A stretch of 61,387 bases of DNA from Chiloscyllium plagiosum (GCF_004010195.1 NC_057717.1:106531962-106593348); one strand, 5' to 3'; positions 38,090 to 50,074 are shown, numbered from the stretch's first letter. The notes: generated by a model not told the origin, from the letters alone. Program-made: numbers and translations.

Positions 38090-39480
38090 GGGTTATTGAG
38101 TTATACAGCACAGAAAGAGACCTTTCAGTACAACTCACCCATACTAACCAGATATCTTAAATCTAGTTCCATTTGCCAGCATTTGACCCATATCCCTCTA
38201 AACTTTTCCTATTCATATACCCATCCAGATGCCTGTTAAATGTTGTAATTGTATCAGCCTCCACCATTTCCTCTGGCAGCTCATTCCATACACGCACCAC
38301 CCTCTGTGTGAAAAAGTTGCTCCTTAGGTCTCTTTTAAATCTTTTTCCTCTCACCCTAAACCTATGCTCTCTAGTTTTGGACTCCTCCGCCCTGGTGAAA
38401 GGAGCTTGGCTATTCAGAGTGATTTTACAAACATTTATAAGGTCACCCCTCACTGCTCACCTTCCAGTGAAAATAGTCCCAGCCTATTTGGTGGTGTAGT
38501 TACTGGACTAGCAATCTAGAAGCCTAGGTTGATGATCTAGGGATGTGGGTTCAAATCCTACGCTAGCTGGCTGTGAAATTTGAATTGGGCGGCTCAGTGG
38601 TTAGTATTGCTACCTCACAGCACCAGGAACCCAGGTTCGATTCCAGACTTGGGTGACTGCCTGTGTAGAGTTTGCACATTCTCCCCTGTGTCTGCGTGAG
38701 TTTCCTCCCACAGTTCAAAGATGTACAGGTCAGGTGAATTGGCCGTGCTAAATTGTTCATACTGTTAGGTGCACTAGTCAGGGGTAAATGTCAGGCGATG
38801 GGTCTGGGTGGTTACTCTTTGAGGTAAAAACAATGACTGCAGATGCTGGAAACCAGATTCTGGATCAGTGGTGCTGGAAGAGCACAGCAATTCAGGCAGC
38901 ATCCGAGGACAGGCGACAGTCGGTGCGGACTTGTTGGGCTGAAGGGTCTGTTTCCATACTGTAGGGAATCTAATCTATACAGCCTCTCCCTGTAGCTCAA
39001 ACCCTCCAATCCTGTGAACCTTTTCAACTTTCACAACATCCTTTCTATAGCATAGAGACCAGAATTGCACACTGTATACCAATAGTGTCCTAACCAATGT
39101 GCCTATATAGCTGCAACATGACCTCCTAACTTCTATACTCAATGCACTGACCAATAAAGGCAAGCATACCAAACACTGTCTTCACTGTCATATCTATCTG
39201 TGACTCCACTTTCAAGGAACTATGAACCTGGACTCCAAAGTTTTTTTGTTCAGCAACACTCCACATTACTATTATGTGTACAAGTCCTGCTATGATTTGC
39301 TTTTCCAAAATGCAACACCTCATATTTATCTAAATTAAACTCCATCTGCCACTCCTCAGCCCATTGGCTCATGTGATCAAGATCCCACTGCACTCTGAGA
39401 TAACTTTCTCTCCTGTCACCTACACCTCCAATTTTGCTGTCATCTGCAAACCCATTAACCATACCTCCTATATTCAAGTA
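38090..39480 (-). mobile_element. CR1 3' portion interrupted by nested SINEs
   Basis: VNGFADDSKIGG...WQMEFNLDK (39250-39495); YSVQFWSL; FFTQRVVRVWNELP (38163-38453). Confidence 0.9.
38587..38976 (+). mobile_element. HE1-like V-SINE containing a Penelope fragment (38822-38913)
   Basis: tRNA head, V-domain and tail gggaatctaatcta; insert aatgactgcagatgctggaaaccag...ggcagcatccgagg. Confidence 0.88.
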
Positions 39481-39915
39481 CAAGCACACAGTCATTTCTA
39501 TGACAGATCTTCAAAGCTTCAGATTTTATTTAAAGTTGGGTTGGATATACTAAATGAAGGAACACGAGTTGAGGATATAGAAGATTATCTGAGTCGGGAG
39601 AACATTGGTGCGTGGAAAGTGCAGAGTTACTTTGTTATAGCTCGGTACAGTATGAGCTGCTTGTGCTACATCCAGGGAGCGCTCAGAAATCTGAATGACT
39701 GAAGCTGTGTGTTTCTATGCTTTGTACCATTCCCTCTGCTGCCCTTCTATTCAAAATGGTCTTGAATTTTAAGAGAAATCAAAGAGCCAAGTACTGTTAC
39801 TGCTTTCTCTGGTTGTCTATTGCTTAGAAATGTGATCTGTCTCTTTAAAGGTTGGAGAGAGGTTTTCAGGTTGATTAGTTGATCACGCCTGTTTGATGCC
39901 AATGGAAGTGACAAC

Positions 39916-40198
39916 AGATTAGATTAGATTCCCTACAGTGTGGAAACAGGTCCTTCAACCCAACCAGTCCACATTGACCCTCCAAAGAGTAACCCACCAG
40001 ACCCATTTCCCTCTGACTAAAGCATCTAACACTATGGGCAATTTACCATGGCCAGTTCACCTAACCTGCACATCTTTGGACTGTGGGAGGAAACCCACAC
40101 AGACACGGGGAAAACGTGCAAACTCCATACAGACAGTTACCTGAGACTAGAATCGAACCTGGGACCCTGGGTGCTGTGAGGCAACAGTGCTAACCACT
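39916..40198 (-). mobile_element. HE1-like V-SINE
   Basis: (agatt)n tail, V-domain and B box on the reverse strand. Confidence 0.9.
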
Positions 40199-40639
40199 TA
40201 TCTGAATGAGAAAAGCAGTGGCTAACTCCTTCTGTAGATTACCTGATGTCAGGTGCTAATGTAATTTACAAAGTCCAACAGCAGCATCATTTCTGCTTTC
40301 ACTGTGGTTATGTCAGCATCATAAGCTAACCTCCCTTTTCCACAAACATTTAAATGGGTAGCTCTAGCTAAACTAGGTATCACCTGTGGAGCTGGTAGTC
40401 AAGATAGTGAACATTTTTGAATGGAAATAATCTAAAGATGGGTCTTGAAGATTTTAGATGCTGGGGTTGTGACTATCTCCTTTGACAGTTTTTTCCATTG
40501 TGGAATTATCCTGAGGAAGAAATATTGTTCATTCAGTGTCTTGGAAACAAATGATCTTTGTTGTGTTTAATGATGGCAATCTCATGTTTTTGCCATCACC
40601 AGAAGGCACCAGGTACTTGTTTCTATCAGTTCCCACCAA

Positions 40640-40830
40640 TCCATTCCCTCCATCATAAGGTCAGAAGTGGGGATGTTCACCAATGATTGCACAATGTTCA
40701 GCACCTTTCGGGACTCCCCAGACACTGAAGCAGTCTGTGTCCAAATGCAGTCAGACCTGGGCAATATTTAGACTTCAGATGGTAAGTGGCAAGTAACATT
40801 CTGACTACATAAGTGCCAGGCAGTGACTAC
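40640..40830 (+). mobile_element. LINE family B RT fragment
   Basis: catcataaggtcagaagtggggatgttcaccaatgattgcacaatgttcagc matches other family B copies. Confidence 0.75.
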
Positions 40831-42119
40831 TGGAAAGATAACCTTTTCATAAAGTTGTCTTTATTTTTGGTTTGTGGACCAAAATGAGAAAAGGATACTG
40901 CTTTAAACCAAGGAAACTGTGGAAGGAGATATCACAGTTTTAAAACAAGATACTGGAGCTTATTGTACTTATACTGCTACGTTGTAGATATTCAGGAGAG
41001 ACTATCAGAACCATCAGCACTGTGGGTGGGTGTTCAGAGCAGTTTCACCAAGGGATCACCTGTTGGTTGGTTTCTCAATCAGAACCAGTTGCTTGGGTCA
41101 GGAATGCTGAATGTAACAGCTCTGTGATTGGCTCTTGTGTATGAACACTACAGAGGCAAGGAGCCTCCAGACTGCAAAAAGACAATACACTCCCTCTCTT
41201 GGTAGAGAACTGATAAAGAACTGAGAAATGGCAAGCTATTCTTTCATACCATTCACCCATAAGCTGCTACCTCATAATTAAGGCTTTGCGATGTATAAAC
41301 TTTGGGCTTGTCTCAGACTAGCTTGGAATTATGAAGGAGTATAAATAACCTTCAAACTTGCTCGTTGTATCAGGTCACAATGGCAAAGGATGTGTGAGCA
41401 AGAGCTCCGATTAGAACACATGGCCCTAGTTTCTCTTCTTGAATAGCGTTTGACAAGAGTCTGTGCTGAAATTGTAACCCAGTGTCTGTGGGATCCAGTG
41501 AGCACAGCGTGGGATCCTTCAGTCTATAAACTAACTCCAGCAGGTTCAGGAGAACTTTACCTGGGAATCCATCAATGCAGCCATTCAGATCAAACCCATC
41601 GCCTTCATAAAAGAACTGATAAAAGATAAAAAGCTTCATAAAAGATTACACTTGTGATTAGAGTTCAAACCCTGATCCATTGAGATGTCGCTGACCTGCA
41701 TAAAATAAAGTGTGAATTAAAGTCGAAGAAGAGTAACCACAGTGCTCATCTGTCAGGTGAAGTGTTGTTACTTTGATGTGAATCTGCTTTGCTTTCATAA
41801 CCACAAGCCCCTACAGATATGCTGACCTCTTCAGAAGCAGCACTGCAAACAGAATCTACACCATATAGAGAGAGTATCAGAGCTGTATGTCCAAGTGTCA
41901 CTCACAATGAGCAAGCAAACAAATTACATCTGCAAAAGATAGCAGTATACTTCAAATGTTGCACATTCTTTGTGTTCGATATCATGATAGCTCATCCTCA
42001 TCCACATGTACTGCTCTTCCTTAGCATTGTTTCAGCATCTGCATTAAAATAACACAACAAGCAATTTGGTCCAATTCTGAGCAGTGGTACAAATTGTCAT
42101 GTGTAAACAATGATCTATT

Positions 42120-42835
42120 GACTGTCACTGGTGTGCAATCCCACATACACTCTCACTGGGGTACAGCTCCCACACAAACTGACTCTCACTGGGGTATGAT
42201 CCCATACACACTGACTCTCACTGGGGTACGGCCCCCACACACACTGACTCTCACTGGGGTTCAGCTCCCACACACACTGACTCTCACTGGGTTACAGCTC
42301 CCACACACACTGACTCTCACTGGGGTATAGTCCCCACACACTGACTGTCACTGGGGTACAGCTCCCACTCACACTGACTCTCGCTGGGGTACAGCTCCCA
42401 AACACACTGACTCTCAGTGGGGTACAGACACCACACACACTGACTCTCACTGGGTTACGGCTCCCAAACACACTGACTCTCTCTGGGGTACAGCTCCCAA
42501 ACACACTGACTCACTGGGTTACAGTCCCCACACACACTGACTCTCACTGGGTTACAGCTCCCACACATACTGACTCTCACTGGGATTACAGCTCCCACTC
42601 ACACTGACTCTCACTGGGGTTTAGCTCCCACACACACTGACTCTCTCTAGGATACAGCTCCCAAACACACTGACCCTCACTGGGATACACCTCCCACACA
42701 CCCTGACTCTCACTGGGGTACAGCTCCCATACACACTGACCCTCACTGGGGTACAGTGCCACACACAGTCTCTCACTGGGGTACAGCCCCCACACACATT
42801 GACCCTCACTCGGGTACAGCTCCCACATGCACTCT
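42120..42835. repeat. 33-bp minisatellite (actgactctcactggggtacagctcccacacac)n
   Basis: About 21 tandem units. Confidence 0.95.
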
Positions 42836-42864
42836 CTCTCACCACCACCTGCTAATTCCCCTCT

Positions 42865-43080
42865 ATGCCATTCACCATCCTGACTTGGAAAAATATCACC
42901 GAAAAGTATCGTTCACTGTCTCTGGGTAAAGATGCAGGAATTCCATCCTAATGGCATTGAGGGTGAACTGCAGTGGTTCAAATAAGCAGCTCACGACCAC
43001 CTTCTGAAGGACAATTAAGGACGGGACAATAAATGCTGGCCAGCCAGCGACACCAACATTCCATGAGTGAATAAAGAAAA
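42865..43080 (+). mobile_element. LINE family B 3' end
   Basis: caccatcctgacttggaaa...caataaatgctggcc. Confidence 0.78.
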
Positions 43081-43235
43081 ACTTTCCACGGTCTACTCAG
43101 GACCATGTCAACTACTGTATTTACATCCACTGTTCTCTTCTGGCTACATCGGTCCTCTTTTAAAAGACACGGGTTGGAATTAGGAGTTTAATATGTGCAC
43201 CTATCTGTACTCTGGGTTTCTGATCTATTACCATG

Positions 43236-43325
43236 ACATGAAGGGCTCTTGCCTGAAACTTCGATTCTCCTGCTCCTCGGATGCTGCCTGACCTGCTGTG
43301 ATTTTCCAACACCACACTCTCGACT
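43236..43325 (+). mobile_element. Penelope family A terminal fragment
   Basis: atgaagggctcttgcctgaaacttcgattctcctgctcctcggatgctgcc. Confidence 0.8.
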
Positions 43326-43817
43326 AGACACATGCAGTTGGCTCTCGATGACCATCAGAAATACTGTCAGTGTTGGGAACACACCACTACATAATTGCCC
43401 AGAATTTCGCCAAAGATAATTCATTCTTTTGTTAACGATAAAATGATCAATCTCGCTAATACTTGGAAGCTTTGACCAGCTCTGGCAGATAATCTGAGTA
43501 ACAATTCCAAGTTAATGTTTGTAAATTGTCAAAGAAGGGGGGTGATTCAATGTATTTGACCATTTATCATATTTATATATTTGACCATTCTGAGAAATTA
43601 ATTGACTCATACTGATAAACAGCGAGAATGAATTCAATGCAAAGTCACAGGAAATGCAGTTAAGTTTTTTTTTTCACACCCAGCGATGGCATCATTCAGA
43701 CTCAGACTGACTCAGGATTACCAGTGCAAGTTTGTACAGAGTACTACAAAGTCCTTTTTGGGAGCTTAAAGGACTGAATTTCAATTCATTTTACAGAAGT
43801 ATGAACCTTTAAAACCC

Positions 43818-44092
43818 TTCCGAGGGCAAAAATTAAAGATTTAAAAAGGACCTAAGGGACATCTTTTTCACACAGAGGGTGGTGCGTGCATGGAATGAGC
43901 TGCCCGAGGAAGTGGTGGAAACTGGTACAATTACAACATTTAAAAGGCGTTTGGATGGATATATGAATAAGAAGGGTTTGGAGGGATATGGGCCAAATGC
44001 TGGGAAATGGGACTAGATTAATATAGAATATCTGGTTGGCATGAACAAGTTGGACTGGAAGGGTCTGTTTTCATGCTGTACATCTCTATGGC
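43818..44092 (+). mobile_element. CR1 (HER1-like) 3' end
   Basis: Homologous to the reverse complement of 18451-18720. Confidence 0.88.
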
Positions 44093-45032
44093 TATATAAA
44101 TGGGCCACTGTAACAGCCATGAGGAAAAAGAGAGCTATTCCATTAGCTCGGGCTTCAGTTGATGCAGGCTGGGACTAGTGTCCTGGTAGATTATGTAATT
44201 AGGGTTGTAGACAAAGCTTAAAAACCTAAAAAGTGGGACCAGAGGTGCAGGGTAGTGAAGAGAAAAGCAATAAAATAAAATGTGACAGGAAGTGATAGAA
44301 AACATGCACAGTGGACAGCAGAAATTAGAAGCAGAATAAGTAGTAATGATAAAAATAGTCAAAGCGAAAGGCTCTTTATCTGAATGCACTTGTAACAAGT
44401 TAGATGGGTTGACCGCACAGATCAAATTAAATGAAGATGACGATTGCTATTACAGAGATGTGGTTACAGGGTAGTCAAAACTGGGCACTCCATATTCAAG
44501 GGTATCTAACCTTTCAGAAAAATAGGCAAAGGTGGAGTAGAATTTTTAATAGTGAAAGGTATCAATGTGCAATCAGTTCGGCTGGAAATAAGGAATAATC
44601 AGGGAAAGAAATCACAAGTGCGAGTTATCAATAGGCCCCCAGGAGTTGCCTCAGTCTAGTACAGAGTATAAATAAGAAAATAATGAGGCTTGTATGAAGG
44701 GCTCTGCTGTTGACACGGGTGATTTTAAACTGCAAACTGACTGAGCAAATCAGATGGGCAAAGGTGATATGGAAGGTGAATTTGTAGAGTGCATCAGGGA
44801 TTCCTCCCTATAGCAGTGCATAACAGAAACTAACCAGAAACAGAATATTTTAGACCAAGTGATGTCTAACAACATGAATTAAGAAAAGATCTCACAATTA
44901 AGTGTTCCTCTAGAGGATAGCAATCACAAAATGTAGAAAATTCAAACTCCATTTTAGCGAGAACAACTCAGGTCTGGATTTCAAACCAGTGCACTTCATT
45001 TAAATAAGGGCAATTACAGATGTGAAAAAAGA

Positions 45033-45320
45033 ATGATTTGGAGACTCCAGTATTGGACTGGGGAGGACAAAGTTAAAAATCACACAACACCAGGTAATGG
45101 TCCAACAGGTTTATTTGGAAGCACTAGCTTTCAGAGCGCTGCTCCTTCATCAGGTGGTTGTGGAGAATAAGATTGTAAGACATGATTTAGAGATGCTGAT
45201 GTTGGACTGGGGTCTTACAATCTTATTCTCCACAACCACCTGATGAAGGAGCAGCGCTCTGAAAGCTAGTGCTTCCAAATAAACCTGTTGGACTATATCC
45301 TGGTGTTGTGTGATTTTTAA
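45033..45320. mobile_element. Palindromic Penelope family B insertion
   Basis: ~110-bp inverted arms, 45071-45181 versus 45212-45320, each carrying a hammerhead core. Confidence 0.85.
45237..45271 (+). ncRNA. Minimal type-I hammerhead ribozyme motif (family B); inverted twin at 45122-45156 (-)
   Basis: cac-CTGATGA-a-GGAGC-agc-GCTCT-GAAA-G-CTA-gtg. Confidence 0.78.
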
Positions 45321-46246
45321 CAATAAATAAAGAACGCAGTCTGGAAAAGTAGATGGAGGGGAACGTTAGTAGACATTGAAGAGAATATTCCGTAACACTA
45401 TAGGACACTATAAACATCCCAATCTGGTTTCCAGCATCTGCAGTCATTGTTTTTATCCGAACAGTAACAGAAAAGTAAGGTACTAATGGGAGGAAAAGTT
45501 TTATCACAGCTCATATCACGAGGGACAAACTATTTGACAAACTAATGGGACTGAAGGCAAACAAGTCTTCAGAACATGATGGCCTGCATCAAAAGGTTTT
45601 AAAAGAAGTGCCTGCAGAAATAATGGAGGCATTGGTTGAAACATTCCAGATCTCACAGGATTCTGGGAGGGTTCCAGTGGGCTGGAAAACTACTAATGTG
45701 ATGACCCTGTTTAAAAAGAAAAGGAGACGGAAAGCCTAACATCTGGCAATGGGAAACCACTGGAGGCCATTATTAGCAAAGCTTAATGCGTTCAGGGAGA
45801 GTCAACATGGCTTTGTGAAAGGGAAATCATGTTTGGCAAATTTGCCAAAGTTCTTTGAGGATGAAAAAAATACTGAGTTGATAAAGAGGTACCAGCAATG
45901 TACTTAAATTTCCAGAAGACATTCGACGTGGTGCCAAATAAAAGATTATAGACAGGATGGGAGCTCACGGTACTAGAGGTAATATATTAGCATGGATTGA
46001 GGATTGGTTAACACACAGAAATTAGAGAGTCAGGATTAATGTTTCTTTTTCAGATTGGAATGATGTAACTAGTGGATTGCCACTAGGACCTCAATTATTT
46101 ACAATGTATATTAATGATTTGGGAGTAGGTCAGAGTGTCATTTATGTATTTGAATTATTGACAATACAAAAATTGGTGGAAGAGAATGTTGTGATGAGGG
46201 CATAAGGGATCTGCAAGGGGATACACAGCTGTAGATAGAATGGGCA

Positions 46247-46400
46247 AAAGTGAGGACTGCAGATGCTGAAAACCAGAGTCTAGATCAGAGTGGTGCTGGA
46301 AAAGCATAGCAGGTCAGGCAGCATCCTAAGAGCAAGAAAATCGACGTTTCGGGCAAAAGCCCTTCATCAGGAATGGAGGCAGGGAGCCTCCAGGGTGAAG
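46247..46400 (-). mobile_element. Penelope family A terminal repeat with intact hammerhead core (46338-46374)
   Basis: Reverse complement attc-CTGATGA-a-GGGC-tttt-GCCC-GAAA-C-GTC-gatttt. Confidence 0.88.
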
Positions 46401-48197
46401 ATAGAATGGTACAGTCCATCTAAATGTCTCATTCACATTGGTTCAGTGAGCAGGCAAATACTTGGCAATTGTCTGCTTCCTCTAATCTTGAGACCATGCT
46501 CTCTTGTCCTAATCTCACCCACCAGTGAAAACATCCTAACTATTTTTATTTTATCTATTCCCTTCATAATATTATACATTTCTATAAGATCCCCCCTCAT
46601 TCTTCTAAATTCCAATGAATACAATCCCAGTCTGCTCAGTCTCTCCTCATAAACCAACCCCCTCAACTCCGGAATCAACCCAGTGAACCTCCCCTGCACC
46701 CCCTCTGGTGCCAGTCTATCCTTTATCAAGTAAGGAGACCAAAACCACACACAGTACTCCAGGTGTGACCACACCAGCACCTTGTACAGCTGTAACATTA
46801 CCCCTCTGCTTTTAAACTCAACTCCTTTAGCAGCGAAGGACAAAATTCCATTTGCCTTCCTAATTACCTGTTGTACCTGCAGACCAACCCTCTGTAACTC
46901 ATGCACAAGGACACCCAGGTCCCTCTGCATAGCAGCATGCTGCAACTTTTTACCATTCAAATAATAATCCTTTTTACTGTTACTCCTCCCAAAATGGATT
47001 ACTTCATATTTACTAACATTGTATTCCATCTGCCAGACCTTTGCCCACTCACTCAATATATCTATGTTCCTTTGCAAAGTTTCACAGTCCTCTGCACACT
47101 TTGCTCTTCCATTCATCTTATTGTTATCAGCAAATTTTGACATTGTACATGTGGTCCCCAACCCCGAATCATCTATATAAAGTGTAAATAATTGTGGTCC
47201 CAACACCGATCACTAGTTACTGATTGCCAGCCAGAATAGCACTCATTTATCCCCACTCTTTGCTTCCTGTTAGTCAACTAATCCTCTATCCATGCTAATC
47301 CTCTATCCATACTAATACTCTACCCCTAACACCATACATCCTTATCTAATGCAGCAGCCTCTTGTTGAAGGTCTTTTGGAAATCTAGGTATACCACATCC
47401 ACTGGGTCCCCGTTGTCCAACTTGTTTGAAACGTCTTCATAGAATTCCAAAAGATTTGCCAAGCATGACCTGCCCTTCATGAACCCATGCTGAATCTGTC
47501 CAACAGGACAATTTCTATCGCGATGCCTTGCTATTTCTTCCTTGATAATAGACTCAAGCATCTTCCCCACTACAGAGGTTAAGTTCACTGGTCTATAATT
47601 CCCATCTTTTGTCTACTTCCCTTTTTTTAAAAGTGGTGTCACATTTGCTATTTTCCAATCTGCTGGGACTGCCCAGAGTCTAGTGAATTTTGGAAACTTA
47701 CTGCCAGTCCACCTGCTATTTCTCCCCCCATCTCTTTTAGTACCCTGGGATGCATTCCATCAGGACCAGGAGACTTATCTATCCTTAGCTCCATTAGCTT
47801 ACCCAACGCTAACTCTTCTGTAATAATTGTTTCCAGGTCCTTCATCTCTTTGTCAATTACTGGCATGTTATTAGTGTCCTCCACTGTGAAGACTGATGCA
47901 AAGTACCTTTCAATGCCTTAGCCATTTCATCAATTCCCATAACTAACTACTTCTTCTTATCCTCTAAAGGACCAATATTTACTTTAGCCACTCTTTTTTG
48001 TTTTATATATTTATAGAAACATTTGCTATCTATCTTTATATTCTGTGCCAGCTTTTCTTCATACTCTATCTTACTTTTCTTTATAGCTTTTTTTGTGTCT
48101 GTTTAAAGCTTTCTCAATCTTCTAGACTCCTGCTGTTTTTGGCCACTTTGTATGCCTTCTCTTTCACTTTGATAGCCTTCATTATTTCCTTAGGCAC

Positions 48198-48545
48198 CCA
48201 TGGCAGATTACCCCTCCTCTTACAGATTGCCCATGGCTAAGGCATTGAAAGGTACTTTGCATCAGTCTTCACAGTGGAGGACACTAATAACATGCCAGTA
48301 ATTGACAAAGAGATGAATGACCTGGAAACAATTATTACAGAAGAGTTAGTGTTGGGTAAGCTAATGGAGCTAAGGATAGATAAGTCTCAAGGTCCTGATG
48401 GAATGCATCCCAGGGTACTAAATGGCAGATTACCCCTCCTCTTACAGATTACCCATGGCAGATTACCCCTCCTCTTACAGATTGCCCATGGCAGATTACC
48501 CCTCCTCTTACAGATTACCCATGGCAGATTACCCCTTCCTCTTAC
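48198..48545. repeat. 33-bp tandem units flanking a 190-bp inverted duplication
   Basis: catggcagattacccctcctcttacagatt(a/g)cc occurs once before and 3+ times after; 48233-48422 is the reverse complement of 47736-47925. Confidence 0.9.
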
Positions 48546-49357
48546 GCTCCTTCCTTTTCACTGGAATATACTTTTGCTGAGCACTTTGAAAAGTTTCTTT
48601 GAAGGTCCTCCACTGCTCGTCAACTGTCCCACCATAAAGTCTCTGCTTCTAGTCTACTTTACCCAGGTTCTCCCTCATTCTATCACAGTCCCCCTTATTC
48701 AGGCACAGGACCCTGGGATTGGATTTTATCTTCGCACTATCCAGCTGTATTTTAAATTCAACCATACTGTGATCACTCCTTCCAAGAGGATCCCTGACTA
48801 TGTGGTCATTAATTATTCCTGTCTCAATACACAGGACCAGTCTAGGAAAGCTTGCTTCCTCGTCGGTTCCATTACACGCTGTTCAAGAAACCTGTCAAGG
48901 TTACACTCAACAAACTCCTCCTCAAGGCTACCCTGACTGAGCTGGTTCGGCCAATCTACATGCACATTAACATCCCCCATGACAATAGCCTTACCATTTT
49001 TGCAGGCATTAGTTATTTACTTGTTTATTTCCCACCCCAATGTTATTATTTGGTAGCCTATAAACTACACCTATCAGTGACTTTTTCTTCTTGGAATTCC
49101 TAATTTCCACCCGAATGGATTTGACCTCATGCTCCATAGAACCTACATCATCTCTCAGCACCTCCCTGATGTCTTCCTTGAATATCAGAGCTACACCATT
49201 CCCTTGCATTCCTGTCTGTCCTTCCAAATAGTCAGGTACCCCTGGATATTTAATTCCCAGTCATGACCATTCTGTAACCATGTCTCCGTGATGGCTATCA
49301 ACTCATATTCATTCGCAATGACTTGTGCTGTTAACTCATCAACCTTGTTACAAATGC

Positions 49358-49539
49358 TGAAAAATGTGTTGCTGGAAAAGCGCAGATGATCAGGCAGCAT
49401 CCAAGGAGCAGGTGAATCGACGTTTCAGGCATAAGCCCTTCTTCAGGAATTCCTTGGATGCTGCCTGACTTGCTGCGCTTTTCCAGCAACACATTTTTCA
49501 GCTCTGATCTCCAGCATCTGCAGTCCTCACTTTCTCCTA
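49358..49539. mobile_element. Palindromic Penelope family A insertion in the CR1 APE region
   Basis: TSD cttgttacaaatgc at 49344-49357 and 49540-49553; hammerhead core on the - strand at ~49414-49450. Confidence 0.9.
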
Positions 49540-50074
49540 CTTGTTACAAATGCAACAAGCATTCAGGTAAGTGCCCTTATGCTAGTTTTCTTACCCCTCA
49601 TGATTTCCAACATCTCTAATTACATCTCTTGAGTTATCCTTCCTTTTCACTTCTTTCATACTCTGCCTTATACTTAAACCTTCCTCCATACATGCTAACC
49701 TAATGCTGACCTTTTCATTTATCACCATACTTCCTGTTGCTTTCCCTTTCCCTTTCTCCCGATTCACAAATTTGAAGTCCTACTGACCCTATTTATCTTT
49801 TTCACCAGAACACTGGTTACAGATCGGTTCAGTAGAGACCGTCCCATCGGTACAGATCCTCCCGGTTCCAAAACTGATGCCAATGTCCCATGAAATAGAA
49901 CCCCTCTTTCCCACACCATTCCCTTAGTCAGGTGTTTCCTTCCCTAATGTTCTTGTCCCTAAGCCCTGGCTTGGGCAGTAATTTGGAGATTATGACCCTT
50001 TCGTTCCTAGTGCTCAATTATCCCCAAACAGGTCCTCCATCCTAGCCTTGCCTATGTTAGTCCCAAAATGGACT

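Larger units (their letters stand above)
44110..46246 (+). mobile_element. Older CR1 ORF2 (APE + RT), degenerate
   Basis: KALYLNA, IAITEMWL, GDF; LKANKS...DGLH.KVLKE; QHGFVKGKSC; LGPQLFTMYINDL. Confidence 0.85.
46470..50072 (-). mobile_element. CR1 LINE, most of ORF2 plus upstream region, 3' end missing
   Basis: SICNKVDEL...IAITETWL (APE); KSPGPDGMHPRVLKE; QHGFMKGRSCL...VYLDFQKTF; LGPQLFTLYIDD...SKFAD. Confidence 0.93.

Noticed and set aside
39540..39702. Protein-like peptide EGTRVEDIEDYLSRENIGAW
   Set aside because: No convincing splice sites and no family recognised.
46433..47206. 257-aa RT ORF as an active or domesticated gene
   Set aside because: Fragment of a CR1 with stops and frameshifts elsewhere; the catalytic FADD reads FADN.
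48274..48936. 220-aa ORF as a novel gene
   Set aside because: Chimera of an inverted CR1 piece, 33-bp repeats and antisense CR1.
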